Part shown: one piece after another, positions 13,019 to 25,538 of the stretch | Position numbering within the stretch: position 1 is the first letter of the stretch | Layout of the letters: every line of letters begins with the position of its first letter | Assembly: GCF_902713615.1 (NCBI RefSeq) | Contig: NC_052157.1 | Span: 60,724,146-60,788,145, forward strand | Source: Scyliorhinus canicula | Lineage: Eukaryota | Reading direction: 5' to 3' | Length of the DNA stretch: 64,000 bases | Notes under the pieces: model-generated | Databases searched by the model: none | The model's input: only the letters and a program-made list of their open reading frames with translations | Told to the model about the DNA's origin: nothing | Made by a program: the position numbers and the translations under genes

Positions 13019-13334
13019 CTGCTCTTCACGCCCCCACCCCAAACCCAAAGATAAAAGAAAGCACACTCACCATCTCCGCAGCCATTCTCATTAAATTCAC
13101 CAATACACAAATGAATCCACATTTTCCACATTGAACATCTCCACAGCTCAGTGTCCTCACACACCTCCCAGTCCATGGTCTCTGATAAATTCACTGGCCT
13201 CCTCCGGCATATCAAAATAAAAGTCCCGATTATGATTTGTGATCCACAGACGAGCAGGGTACAACACCCCCTCCTTGTAGACGGCAGCCTTGATCCGACT
13301 GTAGCCAGCCTGCCGCTTGAATAACAGGTCCTGG

Positions 13335-13850
13335 TGTTATGGGCCAGGGTTTAGAGAACTCCAAAGTGTATCATGCAGTTCACCTGACCCACAATTTTTA
13401 CTAGATTGTGGTATGGGGAGCACACGGCCCACTCTACAGGTGTGGTACAGCAGAAATGGAAAAGTATTTTTTAAAGCAAAACAATGTTTATTCGAGTTAA
13501 CCTTTTTAAAACATACAGTGAACATCTTAGTAACCATTTATTCAAATACAACCCCCAAAGACTACAACACTAAGTAAAACTTTAAGCTTTCCTTTTTAAC
13601 ATCCATACGACTTAAAAACAAAACCTTTATCAGAAGCACATCAGGTCAAAGTCACTGCTGAAAACATTTACAATTCTGAATTCACCAAATGATCAAGAGA
13701 TAGTCTTTTGATGGCAGAGAGAACAGCAGTACACCTGCTTGGTCTGGCTTCAGCTCCAACACTGAAAACAAAACTAAAACACACCCTGCAGCCCGCTCAA
13801 AAACGAAAGTAAAAAGCTGACAGACAGCCCAGCTCCACCCACTCTCTGAC
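13335..13850. mobile_element. Partial solo LTR (TGTTATGGGCCAGG family)
   Basis: Homologous to 16805-17978 but lacks the last ~100 bp. Confidence 0.7.
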
Positions 13851-14393
13851 ATAGAACCAGAAAATTCCACCTCGAGCGGGAGCCACCAAATGTGCGACCA
13901 CTCACTCCATGGCCACCACTGGAAATCCCTCCATTTATTTTCTGTACCGAACCCAACAACCTGACCCATGTAAGAGGGTGATGATTACAATTGTTTTGTA
14001 CCTGGGTTCTGCTGAACTAGGTTTCGCCAGCCACAGATCGAGAGGTGGCCAAAGGAGCTGTTGGCCTTGGTCAGTCAATTGTCTATGTCGCCATTGAATG
14101 TAATGCTAAGAACACTACATTTTTTCAATGAATAATTATTCCAAGTTAAAAGATAGTTTCTCCTGAGACTGTGCCGGTTTCGGGGGTTTGTGCAAAGGGA
14201 GAAGTACCGCAGGCTCAATGCAGTGGAACCTCAGTTTGTCCTGAACAGTTTCATTCCCAGAAGGTTTTGTTCTCCAGCCGCTCCATCCTTATGCTCAGGT
14301 GCTGTTGTCACAAGGCCCCGAGCTTCACCTGAACAGGTCACCTTTATCGAAGAGACATGTCAGAGGCTTCATTTAGATTCAAGCTAAATGAAT

Positions 14394-14406
14394 TTAGATT
14401 GAATCC
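14394..14406 (-). CDS. B7-like gene, predicted terminal coding exon (R-D-S-I-stop if spliced in phase 2)
   Basis: Strong acceptor gctgttttttctctcctag|G; phase matches the TM exon donor; an unseen intervening exon would change the tail. Confidence 0.45.
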
Positions 14407-14629
14407 CTAGGAGAGAAAAAACAGCAGAGTTCAGGTTATGGTAAAAGAATCCAACACCAAGTGAGTAAAGGAGCCATTCAGGAGCACAGACTCCATCCTC
14501 CAGCCGGGCTCCAGGAGAGGATCCATCCTCCAGCCGGGCCTTAGCCTCTTCCACTGGCACATGGCACAGCTGAGGAATAATCTGTCACACCTCCTCCAAA
14601 TTCATACCATCCTCTTCTTTTGGTAAGGA

Positions 14630-15200
14630 GACCATGATAACCATGATTCATGTACATTGGACAAGGACATTCAAAACCGTCACGATACTGACATTTCCCA
14701 GTCTCTCATCCTCAATGTTCTGCTTTTCAATTCTTCCGACCAAAGTGGGTAATTCACATTTCCCACATTATGCTCCATGTTGCACCTCCTTTTCCAGTCA
14801 CTTAACCTATTCATATTTCTTTGTATCCTCCTCACAGTTTACTTGCCTATCCAACTCTGTATCCTCAGTAAACTTGGACATAATTCACTCTATCCCCTGG
14901 TCAAAATCATTGATCTTTATTGCGAATAGCTGAGGCTCCAGCACTGATCCTTGCAGCACCTGCCAACCCAAAATGACCATTTGTTCTCGCTGTTTTTGCC
15001 CATGAATCAATCCTCAATCCATGTTATATTACCCCCAATCCCCTAATCCCTAATCTTGTGTAACAACCTGTTGTGTGGCACCTTATCGAATATCTTCTGA
15101 AATTCCAAATATATTCCCCATCCACTGGTTTTCCCAGTGGAATAATATTTGCTCCTTTCCAGTGGGATAATATTTGCTCCTTTCTAATCCACGGCGACTG
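14630..15200 (-). mobile_element. Degenerate CR1 RT fragments
   Basis: WKGANIIPL and F..FDKVPH-like remnants. Confidence 0.55.
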
Positions 15201-15380
15201 TTCAACAGCTAGAGGATGACAAGCTGGAAGTGACTGGATAAAGCTGCTCAATGATCGGGTGGATTGAAGCATCCTCACAGCTCAGTGAACGGACAGTTAT
15301 AGAGTTCACCAACATTGAACAAAACGTTATAAACCACAAACAGGATTAAAATGGAAACAGTGGAACGTTCTAGAACTCAC

Positions 15381-15492
15381 CGTCTTCGTCGTTTTAAGAT
15401 TCTGCGAACCCCAATTACAGCAACAAGAAAAACAACAGAAAGAAGAATTCCGATTCCCAATCCAACTCCTACTCCAGTTGAGAATCCAGGAC
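15381..15492 (-). CDS. B7-like gene, transmembrane exon
   Basis: ctgtctctag|GT...CG|gtgagt, 112 nt, phase 1 to 2; encodes GPGFSTGVGVGLGIGILLSVVFLVAVIGVRRILKRRR (hydrophobic helix plus basic stop-transfer). Confidence 0.85.
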
Positions 15493-16137
15493 CTAGAGAC
15501 AGAATGTTAACAGACTAGGACACACTAACAAAACTAACAGCAGAGACTTTCAGCAGCTAGTGTTTCAGAACCATCCCCAGAACAAACACATCCCTGGTTA
15601 ATTCTAGTCCTGGAGTGATGTAGGAAGTTAGATACCAGTAATCACACACACACACCAGGCGTCCCCACAGCTCCTTACCCACACACACTGCCCCATGATA
15701 TGTTGATACATCTTTACTAGTATAGGTAACTGGGCACTGAGCCTCTCTTAAACTGAACCCAACAGCACGCAGAAAGGTCAGCAGGTTTCCTGATAGTTGA
15801 TAGATAAGTTTTTAATTAGTAGCGGGATGAAGGGTGTTACACGAGGGAGAAATTAGGAAATTGGATCCAGAAATGAGACGCCTGTGTAGCAGGCAACGTA
15901 GGGGTCAAACAGACTGATTGAACAAAAAAATCTGCTGGCACAGAGTCTGAGGGATATGTCCACATCTGCCCAAGTTACATTGCCCCAGTCAGACTTTTTA
16001 AGAAAAATGTCATCATTGTTTTTCACATTTTATGTTACATATTTCAGTTTGAGCGTTAAATTCCAAGTGTCCTACCCGCGTGCAGTATTTTACAAAAACA
16101 ATAAAGGTGAAGTTATAATTACACAACAGAAATTTTT

Positions 16138-16625
16138 TTAAAAACCAAAGCACAAACAAATGAGGATCACTTTACATTTGCCTGTTAGGTCTCCCTTTGG
16201 TGGCTGTGGGCCCCATTTGGCCGGTCTACCTCTGTTGCCTTGCCTGTTGTTGGTCCGAGCTTTGTGTTTCCCACGTGTTCCTGCTCCCTGTGATCCTCCG
16301 ATTGCCCTCGGATCTGACCCCTGCGGTTGTGCCACTTGTGTGCGGCTTATCGCCAGCCGAGCAGGGTTGTTCAGCGGGTGATTAGAGAGGCAAAGACAAG
16401 GCATCTGCCCCCCTTCCCAGAAGGAACTAAAACACCCAGACTTCTGGCTGGTCTGATACCCAAAAGCTGCCACTTTTGGACTTGGCGCCACGCTCACCCC
16501 CACGACCTTGGACATTGCTTCAAAGAAGGCTGCCTAGAGCCTGACAAGTCTGGAACATGCCCAGAACATGTGGGTGTGGTTGGCCCGGCCTCCTTGACAC
16601 CATTCACATTTGTCCTCCACCTCTG
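16138..16625 (-). mobile_element. 5'-truncated L1 3' fragment
   Basis: MSKVVGVSVAPSPKVAAFG, homologous to the L1 copy at 25636-26920. Confidence 0.7.
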
Positions 16626-16804
16626 GGAAGAACCAGCTCATCAGGGTTTTGGTTAAGTTTGTAAGTATCATCACATTCATGTACACGTGTGTACATGTGC
16701 ACGCCCACACACAAGTTCACACACACAGGTGTAGGCACACATGCACATGTGTATGTACACATGCACATGTGTATGTACACATGTGTAGGAACATGCGTGT
16801 GTAC

Positions 16805-17978
16805 TGTTATGGGCCAGGATTTAGAGAACCACAAAGTGTATCATGGGGTTCACCTGACCCATAACTTTGAATAGATTGTGGTTATGGGGAGCACTTTGCA
16901 GCTGTGGTGCTTCAGAGAGCTAAAGTACTTTGAAAGTAAAACAATGTTTATTTATGAAATGAGTTAACACTTTATAAACCCACACAGTAAACATCTTAGC
17001 AACTATCAACAACACAGTATTCTTTAAGTAATCCTTAATCTTTCCTTGCAACATCCATAAGACAAAAGATCCTTTTTAACACAGATCAGGGGCGGGATAC
17101 TTTCAGCCCGGGCTGGAGAATCGCCGGGACGGGCCCGAATCGGGAGAATCGGCGCATTTGGCGGTCGCTCTTCGCGCCCCCCCCCCCGGCGATTCTACCC
17201 CGGGATGGGCCGAGCGGCCGCGCCAAATAAAACGAATGGCTGGTGCCATTCACACCTGATCTTACTCGGCGGGACGTCGGCGTGGATGCATCCGGGGGCG
17301 GCCTGGTTGCGGGGGGGGGGGGGCCTCCGCTGTGGCCTGGCCCACAATCAGGGCCTACTGATCGGCGGGCCGGCCTCGCGGGCTAGGGGCCTCTTTTGTC
17401 CCGTGCCAGCCCCTGTAGCCCTACGCCATGTTGCGTCGGGTCCGGCAAGGAGAAGGGAGTCACTGCGCATGCGCGCATTTAGTGGCGGTCCCACTGCGCA
17501 TGCGCAGACCCGCGGCGCCCATCTGACGCCGGGATCTGCAGCTGGAGTGGCGTGGGTAGCTCCAGTGCCATGCTGGCCCCCTGTAGGGGTTAGAGTCGCT
17601 GCTCCTGAGGCCATGGTGACGCCGTCGAGAAACGCAACGGCATTTACAAAGGCGTCAACACTTAGTCTCAGGATCAGAGAATCCCACCCCAGGTTTAAAT
17701 TCACTACTGAGAACAGTTATCACTTTGAAATCAGCCAAATGATCTGGAGACAGTCTTCAGATTGCAGAGAGATCCTTATACATCTGCTTGCTTTTCCTGC
17801 AGCTAGCCAGCTCTCAAAACTAAACTAAATCACACCCTGTAGCAGACAGCCCAAAGCGAAAGTAAAAACAGAGACAGCCCAGCTCCGCACACTCTCTGAC
17901 ATCACTGCAGCCATCTTAAAGGTACATCCACTAGTTATCTGATAAACACCCATTTCTTAAAGGTACTCTTACATGACA
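16805..17978. mobile_element. Solo LTR with internal MITE, inserted in an RY-alternating microsatellite
   Basis: TGTTATGGG...ACATGACA termini, perfect TSD GTAC. Confidence 0.85.
17090..17689. mobile_element. Harbinger-type MITE
   Basis: TIR GGGCGGGAT / ATCCCACCC flanked by a 3-bp TSD CAG; comparable empty site in the related LTR at ~13640. Confidence 0.8.
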
Positions 17979-18374
17979 GTACACACACGTGTATCCACAC
18001 ACACGTGTACATATATGCGTGTATGTGTAGGTGGGCGAAGACTCTGAAACTTTTCACTGGGCCGTTAGGTCCCCTGACTTTTCAGTTGGCTATTCTGATG
18101 GGGGGCTTTAGTTCCCTTCCCACCCGCGGGATCAACCATACTTACCTTGTGGATGCAATCCTGCACTCCGGGGTTTCACTTTGTTCGGGGGCCACCCAAA
18201 ATGGCCACGGTTAATGTACTCACTATGAAGCCGGGCTGCAGGATCAACCATACTTTTTATAAAATTTATAAAATTTAGAGTACCCAATTCTTTTTTCCAA
18301 TTAACGGGCAATTTTGCGTGGCCAATTCACCAACACTGGGCTGTGGGGATGAGACCCACACGGACACGGAGAGA

Positions 18375-18566
18375 ATGAATGAAAAAATGAAATGAAAATC
18401 GCTTATTGTCACGAGTAGGCTTCAATGAAGTTACTGTGAAAATCCCCTAGTCGCCACATTCTGGCGCCTGTTTGGGGAGGCTGGTACGGGAATTAAACCC
18501 TGCTGCTGGCCTGCCTTGGTCTGCTTTAAAAGCCAGCGATTTAGCCCAGTGTGCTAAACCAGCCCC
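18375..18566 (-). mobile_element. tRNA-derived SINE (GGGGCTGGTTTAGC head, (CATTT)n tail)
   Basis: Near-identical to the copies at 24275-24672. Confidence 0.8.
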
Positions 18567-18576
18567 TAGGAGAGGA

Positions 18577-18650
18577 TGGCCCATACAGGGATCGACCCCG
18601 TGACCTTGGCGTTCTTAGCACCACGCTCTAACCAACTGAGCTAACCGGCC
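18577..18650 (-). tRNA. tRNA-Ile(AAT)-derived sequence with anticodon AAG, probable pseudogene
   Basis: GGCCGGTTAGCTCAGTTGGTTAGAGCGTGGTGCT-AAG-AACGCCAAGGTCACGGGGTCGATCCCTGTATGGGCCA; vertebrate Ile-AAT body, T-loop GGGTCGA instead of GGTTCGA, no oligo-T terminator. Confidence 0.75.
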
Positions 18651-18924
18651 GGTATGTGGGGATCAACCATACTTATCGGGGTTTCCGTTTGTTAGGGGGC
18701 CATCCAAGATGGCTGCAGTCACCATACTCCCCATGAGGCCAGGCCCTGCGCGAGCATTTCCCTTTGTCCATCTATTGTATGTCATTAGGGTGAGCCCCTG
18801 CATCCCGGGTTTCCCTTTGTTTGGGGACCCACCATAGTGGCTGTCTGCAGTGCCATTTTGTATCTTGTTGCTATGTGTGGCCTGTTGTAGCCAGCCTAAA
18901 GTCCCCCCCCCCCCCCCCCCGCCT

Positions 18925-21190
18925 CTCTTGTTCCTTGGAAGAGGTTCTGCCTCTTCCACCGTTTTCCCTACTAACTTTGAGGAAGTGAAGTTCTTTGAGG
19001 AAGTGACAAGAAGGGTTGATGAAGGAGTGCAGTAGATGTAGTGTACATGGATTTTAGCAAGGCCTTTGACAAAGTCCCACATGGCAGTCCCCCATTGGTC
19101 AAGAAAGTGAAAGCCCATGGGCTACAGGGCAGCGTGGTGTTGATCTTTTACCTGAACCACAAGACGTGAGTACATTTCTTGTATTGGACAAATGATCACA
19201 CAAGCAGTATGTTAGTTCAATTATTGTTTATTATTAAACACAGGCTTGGTGTTATGCGTAATAATCTACAGGTGGCTACTTATTAAACTACACCTAACAA
19301 CGAAAATGACCTTTACTTAACTTCCAAGTGACCGGCTCTGTGCAGGTTAGACAAGGGCTTTATCTGCATCCTCACGCGTGTTGGCTGGAAGTCTTCAGGT
19401 TCGTCTCGGCTGCGGCTCGTCCTTCAGGCAGTGATCGCGGGTCCTTGAACTTGGCTGGTCGAGGGCTGCAGTTGGTAGGGGCAGAGGCCGATCCCAAAAG
19501 AGGCCGAACGCTGGTTGCGCAGTTCTTCTTATCCCCCGATCTTTTGCGCTCTTTTGCCGGTCCCAAGTCGGGATCCAATATATCGATAGGGTTTTGATCA
19601 CCCTAATCGATTCTGGCCAATTAGGCGTGGGTACCTCGATGGCTTGAGCGGGTCCTAGCTGCTATTGTCCAAGGCACGTATGTACTCCGAGAGGTGCCTC
19701 CAAGTCTGCTACTGTTGCTATGTTTCGATCTGTGTCTCATTATCCTGGGGAAATCGGTGATTGACCTTTAGCAGGTGTGAGTTTCAATTAGGTCTGGTTT
19801 CCCTTTGCACAATACAACGTGTACTGTCTGTGTCCCAACCTGACCATAATTCCCTTTATCCTTTGCGGGTAGCCATTTTAGATGGCCACAGTAGCAAACT
19901 GGATAAAACGTGGCTAAGTAACAGGAAACAAAGGGTGATGGTCGACGGCTGCGCTTGCAATTGGAAAGTTATTTCAAGCGGAGTTCCACAGGACTCGGTG
20001 TTGGGACCCTCGGTGTTTGTGTTATATATTAACAATTTGGGCGTGAATGTGGGAAGCGTTAATTTGGAAATTTTCAGATGACACTAAGACTGGCCTAGTG
20101 GTAGACAGTGTAGAGGATAGCTATAACCTTCAAAACGATGTAGATGACTGGGTGGCTCGGTGGCACAGTGGTTAACACTGCCGCCTCACGGTGCTGAGGA
20201 TGCGGGTTCGATCCCAGCCCTGGGTCACTGTCCATGTGGAGTTTGCACATTCTCCCCATGTCTGCGTGGGTCTCACCCCCACAACCCAAAGATGTGCAGG
20301 GTAGGTGAATTGGGCACGCTAAATTTCCCCTTAATTGAAAAAAAATATGTTTTTAAACGATGTAGATGGATTGGTGAAGTGGGCGATAAAGTGGCAAATG
20401 GGATTTAACACAGAGAAGTGTGAGGTCATGCTTTTATGAGGGGGGGGGGGTCGAACAGTTGTAGGGAGTACACAATAAATGGGAATATACTAAGAGGGTT
20501 AGATGAAATGAGAGATCTTGGCGAACACTTACACAGGTCCCTAAAGACAGCAGTTCAAGTAAACAAGGTTGTTAAGAAAGCGTAAGGAATGTTCTCCTTC
20601 ATTGGCAGAGGTATAGTATATAAAAGTAAGGATATAATGCGAGTATTGTGCAAAACACTGGTGAAGCCACAACTGGAAGATTGTGTGCGGTTCTGGTCAC
20701 CACATTACAGGAAGGATGTTATTGCTCTGGAGTGATTGCAGAGGAGGTTTCCAAGAATGTTGCCAGGACTGGAAATGTGTGGCCATGAGGCGAGATTGAA
20801 CAGGTTGGAGTTATTTTCCTTCGAACAAAGAAGAGTGACTTAATTGAGGTGTACAAAATTACGAGAGGAAGAGATAGAGTGGACAGGATAAAATTGTTTC
20901 CCTGTGGAGAATTCTAGAACCAGGCGACATAGATTCAAGATAATTGGCAGCAGGTGTGGAGAGGTCATGAGGAAACATTTTTATCCAGAGGGTAGTGGGA
21001 GTCTAGAATTTGCTGCCTCCGGGCAGAGATCCTAAACTCTTTTTAAAAAGTACCTGGATCTGCACCTTAAGTGCTCTCAGCTACAGGGCTATGGACTGGT
21101 GCAGGAAGGTGGTATTAGAAAGGGCACCTGGGTGTCCTAGGGCTGAATTGGACAAGATGGGCCAAATGGCCTCTTTCTGTGCTGTAACAG
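18925..21190 (+). mobile_element. Degenerate CR1 RT-3'UTR, interrupted by an LTR (19138-19890) and a SINE (~20148-20345)
   Basis: MDFSKAFDKVPH, SGVPQDSVLGP and VQFWSPHYRKD-like remnants; TTCTGTGATTCTA tail. Confidence 0.75.
19138..19890 (-). mobile_element. Solo LTR
   Basis: TG...CA termini; flanks GTGG/GTAG (4-bp TSD with one mismatch) inside CR1. Confidence 0.7.
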
Positions 21191-21205
21191 TTCTGTGATT
21201 CTACG

Positions 21206-21888
21206 GGCGCGATTCTCCACACCCCACGACGGGGGGGGGAGAAGTGCGGGAGGGCCGGGCGAATCACCCCCCGCGATTCTCCCAACCCCCCCCCCAAAAT
21301 GGCGTGTCATTTTTCGATAGGCCGCTCGGAGAATCGCCGGTCGCCGTTTCTCACGGCGATTCTCCGGCCCAAATGGGCCGAGCGGCCTGCCAAACCCAAC
21401 CACACTTGTCGTTGCCGGCGTAAACAGTGCATGACCTCTGTGTGGGGCCTGTGGAGGGCAGAGGGTGGATCGAGCACTACGGGCGTGCTCAGGAGATGTT
21501 TGGCCCGCGATCGGTGCCCACCGATCGTCGGGCCGGCGTCTCTAAAAGACGCACACTTTTCCCTCCGCCGCCCCGCAAGATCAAGCCGCCATGTCTTGCG
21601 GGGCAGCGGAGGGGAAGACGACAACCGCACATGCGCGGGTTGGCGCCGGCCAACCTGCGCATGCACGGCTGACGTCACTTAGGCGCCGCTGGCCGCATCA
21701 TTCCCGGCGATTCTCCGAGCGGCCTGTCGAAAAACAACACGCCATTTTGAGGGGGGGTGGGAGAATCACGGGGGGTGCCAGGACGGCATGGCGTGATTCG
21801 CCCGACCCTCCCGCGATTCTCCCCTCTGGCGTGGGATGCGGTTTCACACCGGCGTCGGCTGCTTGTCTCCCGATGGGAACATTCCGAC
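21206..21888. mobile_element. Harbinger-type MITE
   Basis: GGGCGCGATTCTCC start; internal inverted repeats; body homologous to 50392-50612. Confidence 0.65.
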
Positions 21889-21889
21889 C

Positions 21890-23000
21890 TAACTGTCCCC
21901 CCCAATCGGTGGTGTATACCGCCCTCCCCGCCGTCGCCAGATGCTCTCTCTCTGCCGGGTTATGTTCCCCCCCCCACTCGTACCTCCTGCCATTCCCCCC
22001 CCCCACCCCCCCCCCAGGGTCGATCTAAGTTTACCCTTCGTTCGCTACATATCTTCTCCACCCCTCCCTCACCTGTTTTGGTTCCCAGGTTCAGAGCGAG
22101 GGGGCGCAGTGCCGTTCAAATTGTCTCTTGGTGCTTTAGTCTTCCGGGTGACCGCCTCACCATTGCATCTGTGGCTGTCTTCCACCCCATTCTCTTGGAC
22201 AAATTTATCCGTGTCTGCAGGGGCTGTAAAGTAATGCTCTCTGTCCTGGAAAGTGACCCAAAGTTTGGCCAGGTACTGCATCCCAAAATTCACCCCACTT
22301 TTGAACAGGGCCACCATTGCTCTATCTTTGTGATTATAGTCCTTGGCTGCTCGTCGGCACTGGGTTTCAGCCAGTTTGAGCGGTCGGCTCCATCTATCTC
22401 TGGAAGGTTAGGGAAAGTGTCTCTTCCCACCAGATTAGCCAGCATCTGGACCTTTGACAGGCCCACTATTTTCAGAGTTTGCCGCCCTGACCGGTTCTCT
22501 TGGTCCTCTATCTTCCCCTTTAGACTTCCCTGTGTCTCCACCAATCTCATTATCTCTATCTCTCGGGCGACACACCGGTTACTCTGGTCTGTTAAGGCCC
22601 TTTCCAGTTCAATGATTGTGTTCCCCAGGGCCTCCAGTTGCCTCTCTGGCTTTCCAGGTCCACATGAATGGTGGCCAGGGCCACCACGACCTCCACCTTG
22701 ACGACAGCTTTTATATCAGCCTTGTCTTCCTTGAGCTCTCTTAGCTCCATGGCGAGGAACTTCTTCCATCCACTCTCAAGCAAGGAGGAGCTCCATGTGC
22801 AGCTTGTTGGTCCCTCTGGTTCTGGTATGGCTGACTTTTCTTCGCCTCATGGGTCCGCCATCTCGTTCACTCGCTTCTCCTGACTTCTGCGTTTTGTGCC
22901 TCTTTTCAGCCCCGGAGCGGCTGAATACACAGGATGCCCCAGATTCATTGTTCTTCAGGGCACTCCTTTCTGACTTGCTTTTAGCCAATTACTGAGTCCG
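21890..23000 (-). mobile_element. L1 5' part (ORF1), 3'-truncated
   Basis: KGKIEDQENRSGRQTLKIVGL and MQYLAKLWVTFQDREHYF. Confidence 0.7.
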
Positions 23001-23779
23001 ATGGCCTCTTTGCCCATCAATGGGAGGTTAGTTCCATATCAATAGCATGGCTCTGTTCTTTTGTATAAAGGGGAGCGTGCAAAAAAACCAAGATAATGTT
23101 GGCGGGTTCAAGTCTGGAAACCCCAGCAGAGAACCTTTATTTGAGCCGCTAGGCAGGGCTCAAAAAGAGAGAATACTGATTTGAACAGATACAGGGCAGA
23201 AGGCTTTGGAAATCAACTGGAGAGATCATGAAAGTTGTCACTGAGGCATACTTTGGAAAAAGGTTCTGAACGAATGTCCCTAACAGAAGAAAGATTGCTT
23301 CGTAAAATGCAAGTATTGCCTTTACCTCTCTGTGTAAGTGGAACGAGCGCTGCAAGTCTAATTAAAGTGCTGTTTAATGGGAACTAGTGTGTTAAAGTTG
23401 AGAAACTACATGCAATCGGTTATTGTTTAAAAGTTTAACTATTGTTTTCTTTTCTTTGAATAAAGTTACCTTATAAAATAACAAAGCTCTATTTCTCATA
23501 TTATCACACCTGGAATGAATCGATCTTTCCGCACCATCTTAAACCTTAAAAAGTTACGGCTCTGGTTCAGTCTCTCAGCCACTGTTGAGAGCTGAAGAGG
23601 CGTCCTGGATGGTGGAGATGAGACAGAGATGAGATCAGTCATGAACGTATTGAATGGCGGAACAGGCTGGAGGGGCTCCTGCTCCTAGTTCTTATGAACT
23701 CGCATTCTCTGGATTACTTGTTTAGTAACATAACTACTGCATTACCGAACCCAGAAAATAAGAGATTAAATACAGAATA

Positions 23780-24270
23780 TCTGAAACAGAAAACCAAGAG
23801 TAGGAATTAACGGGTCTTTTTCAATTTGGCAAGCAGTGACTGGTGAGGTACTGCAGGGATTGGAGTTCGGACCCCAGATATTCACAGTATAAAGATTTAG
23901 ATAAGGGAACAAAATGTAATATCTCCAAATTTGCACATGACACCACATTGTGTGGGAGGGTGAGCTGTAAGGAGGATGCAGAGATCCGTCAGTGTGATTT
24001 GGACAAGTTGAGTGAGTGGGCAAATGAACAGCATATACAGTATAATTTGGAGAAATGCGAGGCTATCCACTTTGGTAGCAAAATAAATTGGACAGACTAT
24101 TAATCTGAATGGCCATAAATTAGGAGAGGTGAATGTGCAACGAAACCTGGGTGTCCTTGTACACCAGTCGCTGAAGGTAAGCATGCAGGCACAGCAGGCA
24201 GTAAAGAAGGCACATGGTTCACTGGCCTTCATAGTGAGAGGATGAGTACAGGAGCAGTGGCAAGCTTAAA
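23780..24270 (+). mobile_element. CR1 RT fragment
   Basis: ISKFAHDTTLCG...YNLEKCEAIHFG. Confidence 0.7.
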
Positions 24271-24274
24271 GAAA

Positions 24275-24672
24275 AATGAAATGAAATGAAAATGAAATTT
24301 GCTTATTGTCACGAGTAGGCTTCAATGAAGTTACTGTGAAAAGCCCCTAGTCGCCACATCACGGCGCCTGTCCGGGGAGACTGGTACGGGAATCGAACCG
24401 TGCTGCTGGCCTGCTTTAAAAGCCAGCGATTTAGCCGAGTGAGCTAAACCAGCCCCTGAATGAAAATCGCTTATCGTCACGAGTAGGCTTCAATGAAGTT
24501 ACTGTGAAAAGCCCCTAGTCGCCACATTCCGGCGTCTGTCCGGGGAGGCTGGTACGGGAATCGAACCGTGCTGCTGGCCTGCTTGGTCTGCTTTAAAAGC
24601 CAGCGATTTAGCCGAGTGAGCTAAACCAGCCCCCGAGTGAGCTAAACCAGCCCCCGAGTGAGCTAAACCAGC
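24275..24672 (-). mobile_element. Two head-to-tail SINE copies plus two extra 24-bp head repeats
   Basis: The GGGGCTGGTTTAGC... SINE appears twice; GAGTGAGCTAAACCAGCCCC is reiterated at ~24610-24672. Confidence 0.8.
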
Positions 24673-24981
24673 CATGTACTATTTATAATGACAGGTTTCC
24701 TGTGCAACAAGAACAATTCTGGTCATCAAGTATTTTAAATGAAAATATATCAGTGCCGCACTTTGAAACAAGTAAATTGCAAAACGTATGTAAAATTCAC
24801 TTTTTCCACAGGATTGTGCGGAATGCCGGTTTATATCCGGCTCAATATTTCTCTCCACTGACTTCAACCAGTTATAGACCCAAACCCGTTAGTTTCCCAA
24901 CAGGAGGGTTTGGTTAAAATTGTACTGAGACATTTCACACAGAATTCCAGAAACACTAACACCAGTGGGAATCAGGAACCT

Positions 24982-24995
24982 TCAGAGTTCTCTAT
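24982..24995 (-). CDS. B7-like gene, candidate alternative terminal exon A (D-R-E-L-stop)
   Basis: Acceptor tctcaccttcctgtccctcag|AT; phase-1 reading reaches TGA after 4 codons. Confidence 0.35.
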
Positions 24996-25214
24996 CTGAG
25001 GGACAGGAAGGTGAGATTCAGAACCAGAAATAACAATTCCAGGTAGTTTAAGGACCAGTTACAGGTAAGTGACCCACACCCCTCACTCTCACACAATCAT
25101 TCTTTGGTAAAATATCACACAGCGTTTCAAACCTTCCAATATTACTACCTGTGTATCCAGCATGATCAAATGTAAGAGCTGAAAACACATTGAGGAGTTT
25201 AGAAACAGATTTAC

Positions 25215-25253
25215 CTGATACTGGTGTGTTTGGTCCGGGTGTCCGAGTTCGCT
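25215..25253 (-). CDS. B7-like gene, 39-bp stalk exon copy A (ERTRTPGPNTPVS)
   Basis: atgttttctttag|AG...CAG|gtaaat; symmetric phase 1-1. Confidence 0.65.
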
Positions 25254-25538
25254 CTAAAGAAAACATCATGTATTTAGTATTGTGTGTTAAACAAACTGCA
25301 GAAATGTTCAAAGACTCTATCGGGCTTTAGGGAAACACATCCAGGGAGGAACGAGACTCGGCTCAAACTGATCATATCGGAACAGGAACAGGGTCAGCAG
25401 AGTGGAAAATCCAACAGGATTGGATTAACTGTGAGGGGTAGAATGTAATTTTCCAGAGATACCGAGAAGGATCATTCCCAGCAGCCTACATCCCCCCTAT
25501 GGAGAGAATTCCCACAGGATCCTGGGCCTACTGGGATA

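Larger units (their letters stand above)
1460..13330 (-). mobile_element. Degenerate L1-clade LINE (ORF1 C-terminus, endonuclease, RT, 3'UTR) split by four later insertions
   Basis: Pieces: VLYPARLWIT (ORF1, ~13200-13300); endonuclease start ~10900-11150; KKDKDPEKCRSYRPISLLNVDAKVLASR (RT, ~4400-4540); VLPKFLFVFQSL and YWAANIAMIRKW (~2800-3050); A-tail at ~1461. The reading is continuous across the insertions. Confidence 0.8.

Noticed and set aside
16675-16804. RY-alternating tract as a functional Z-DNA element
   Set aside because: Ordinary degenerate microsatellite; no further support
23040-23600. Possible LTR 3' remnant
   Set aside because: AATAAA is present, but no defined termini, TSD or second copy in the window
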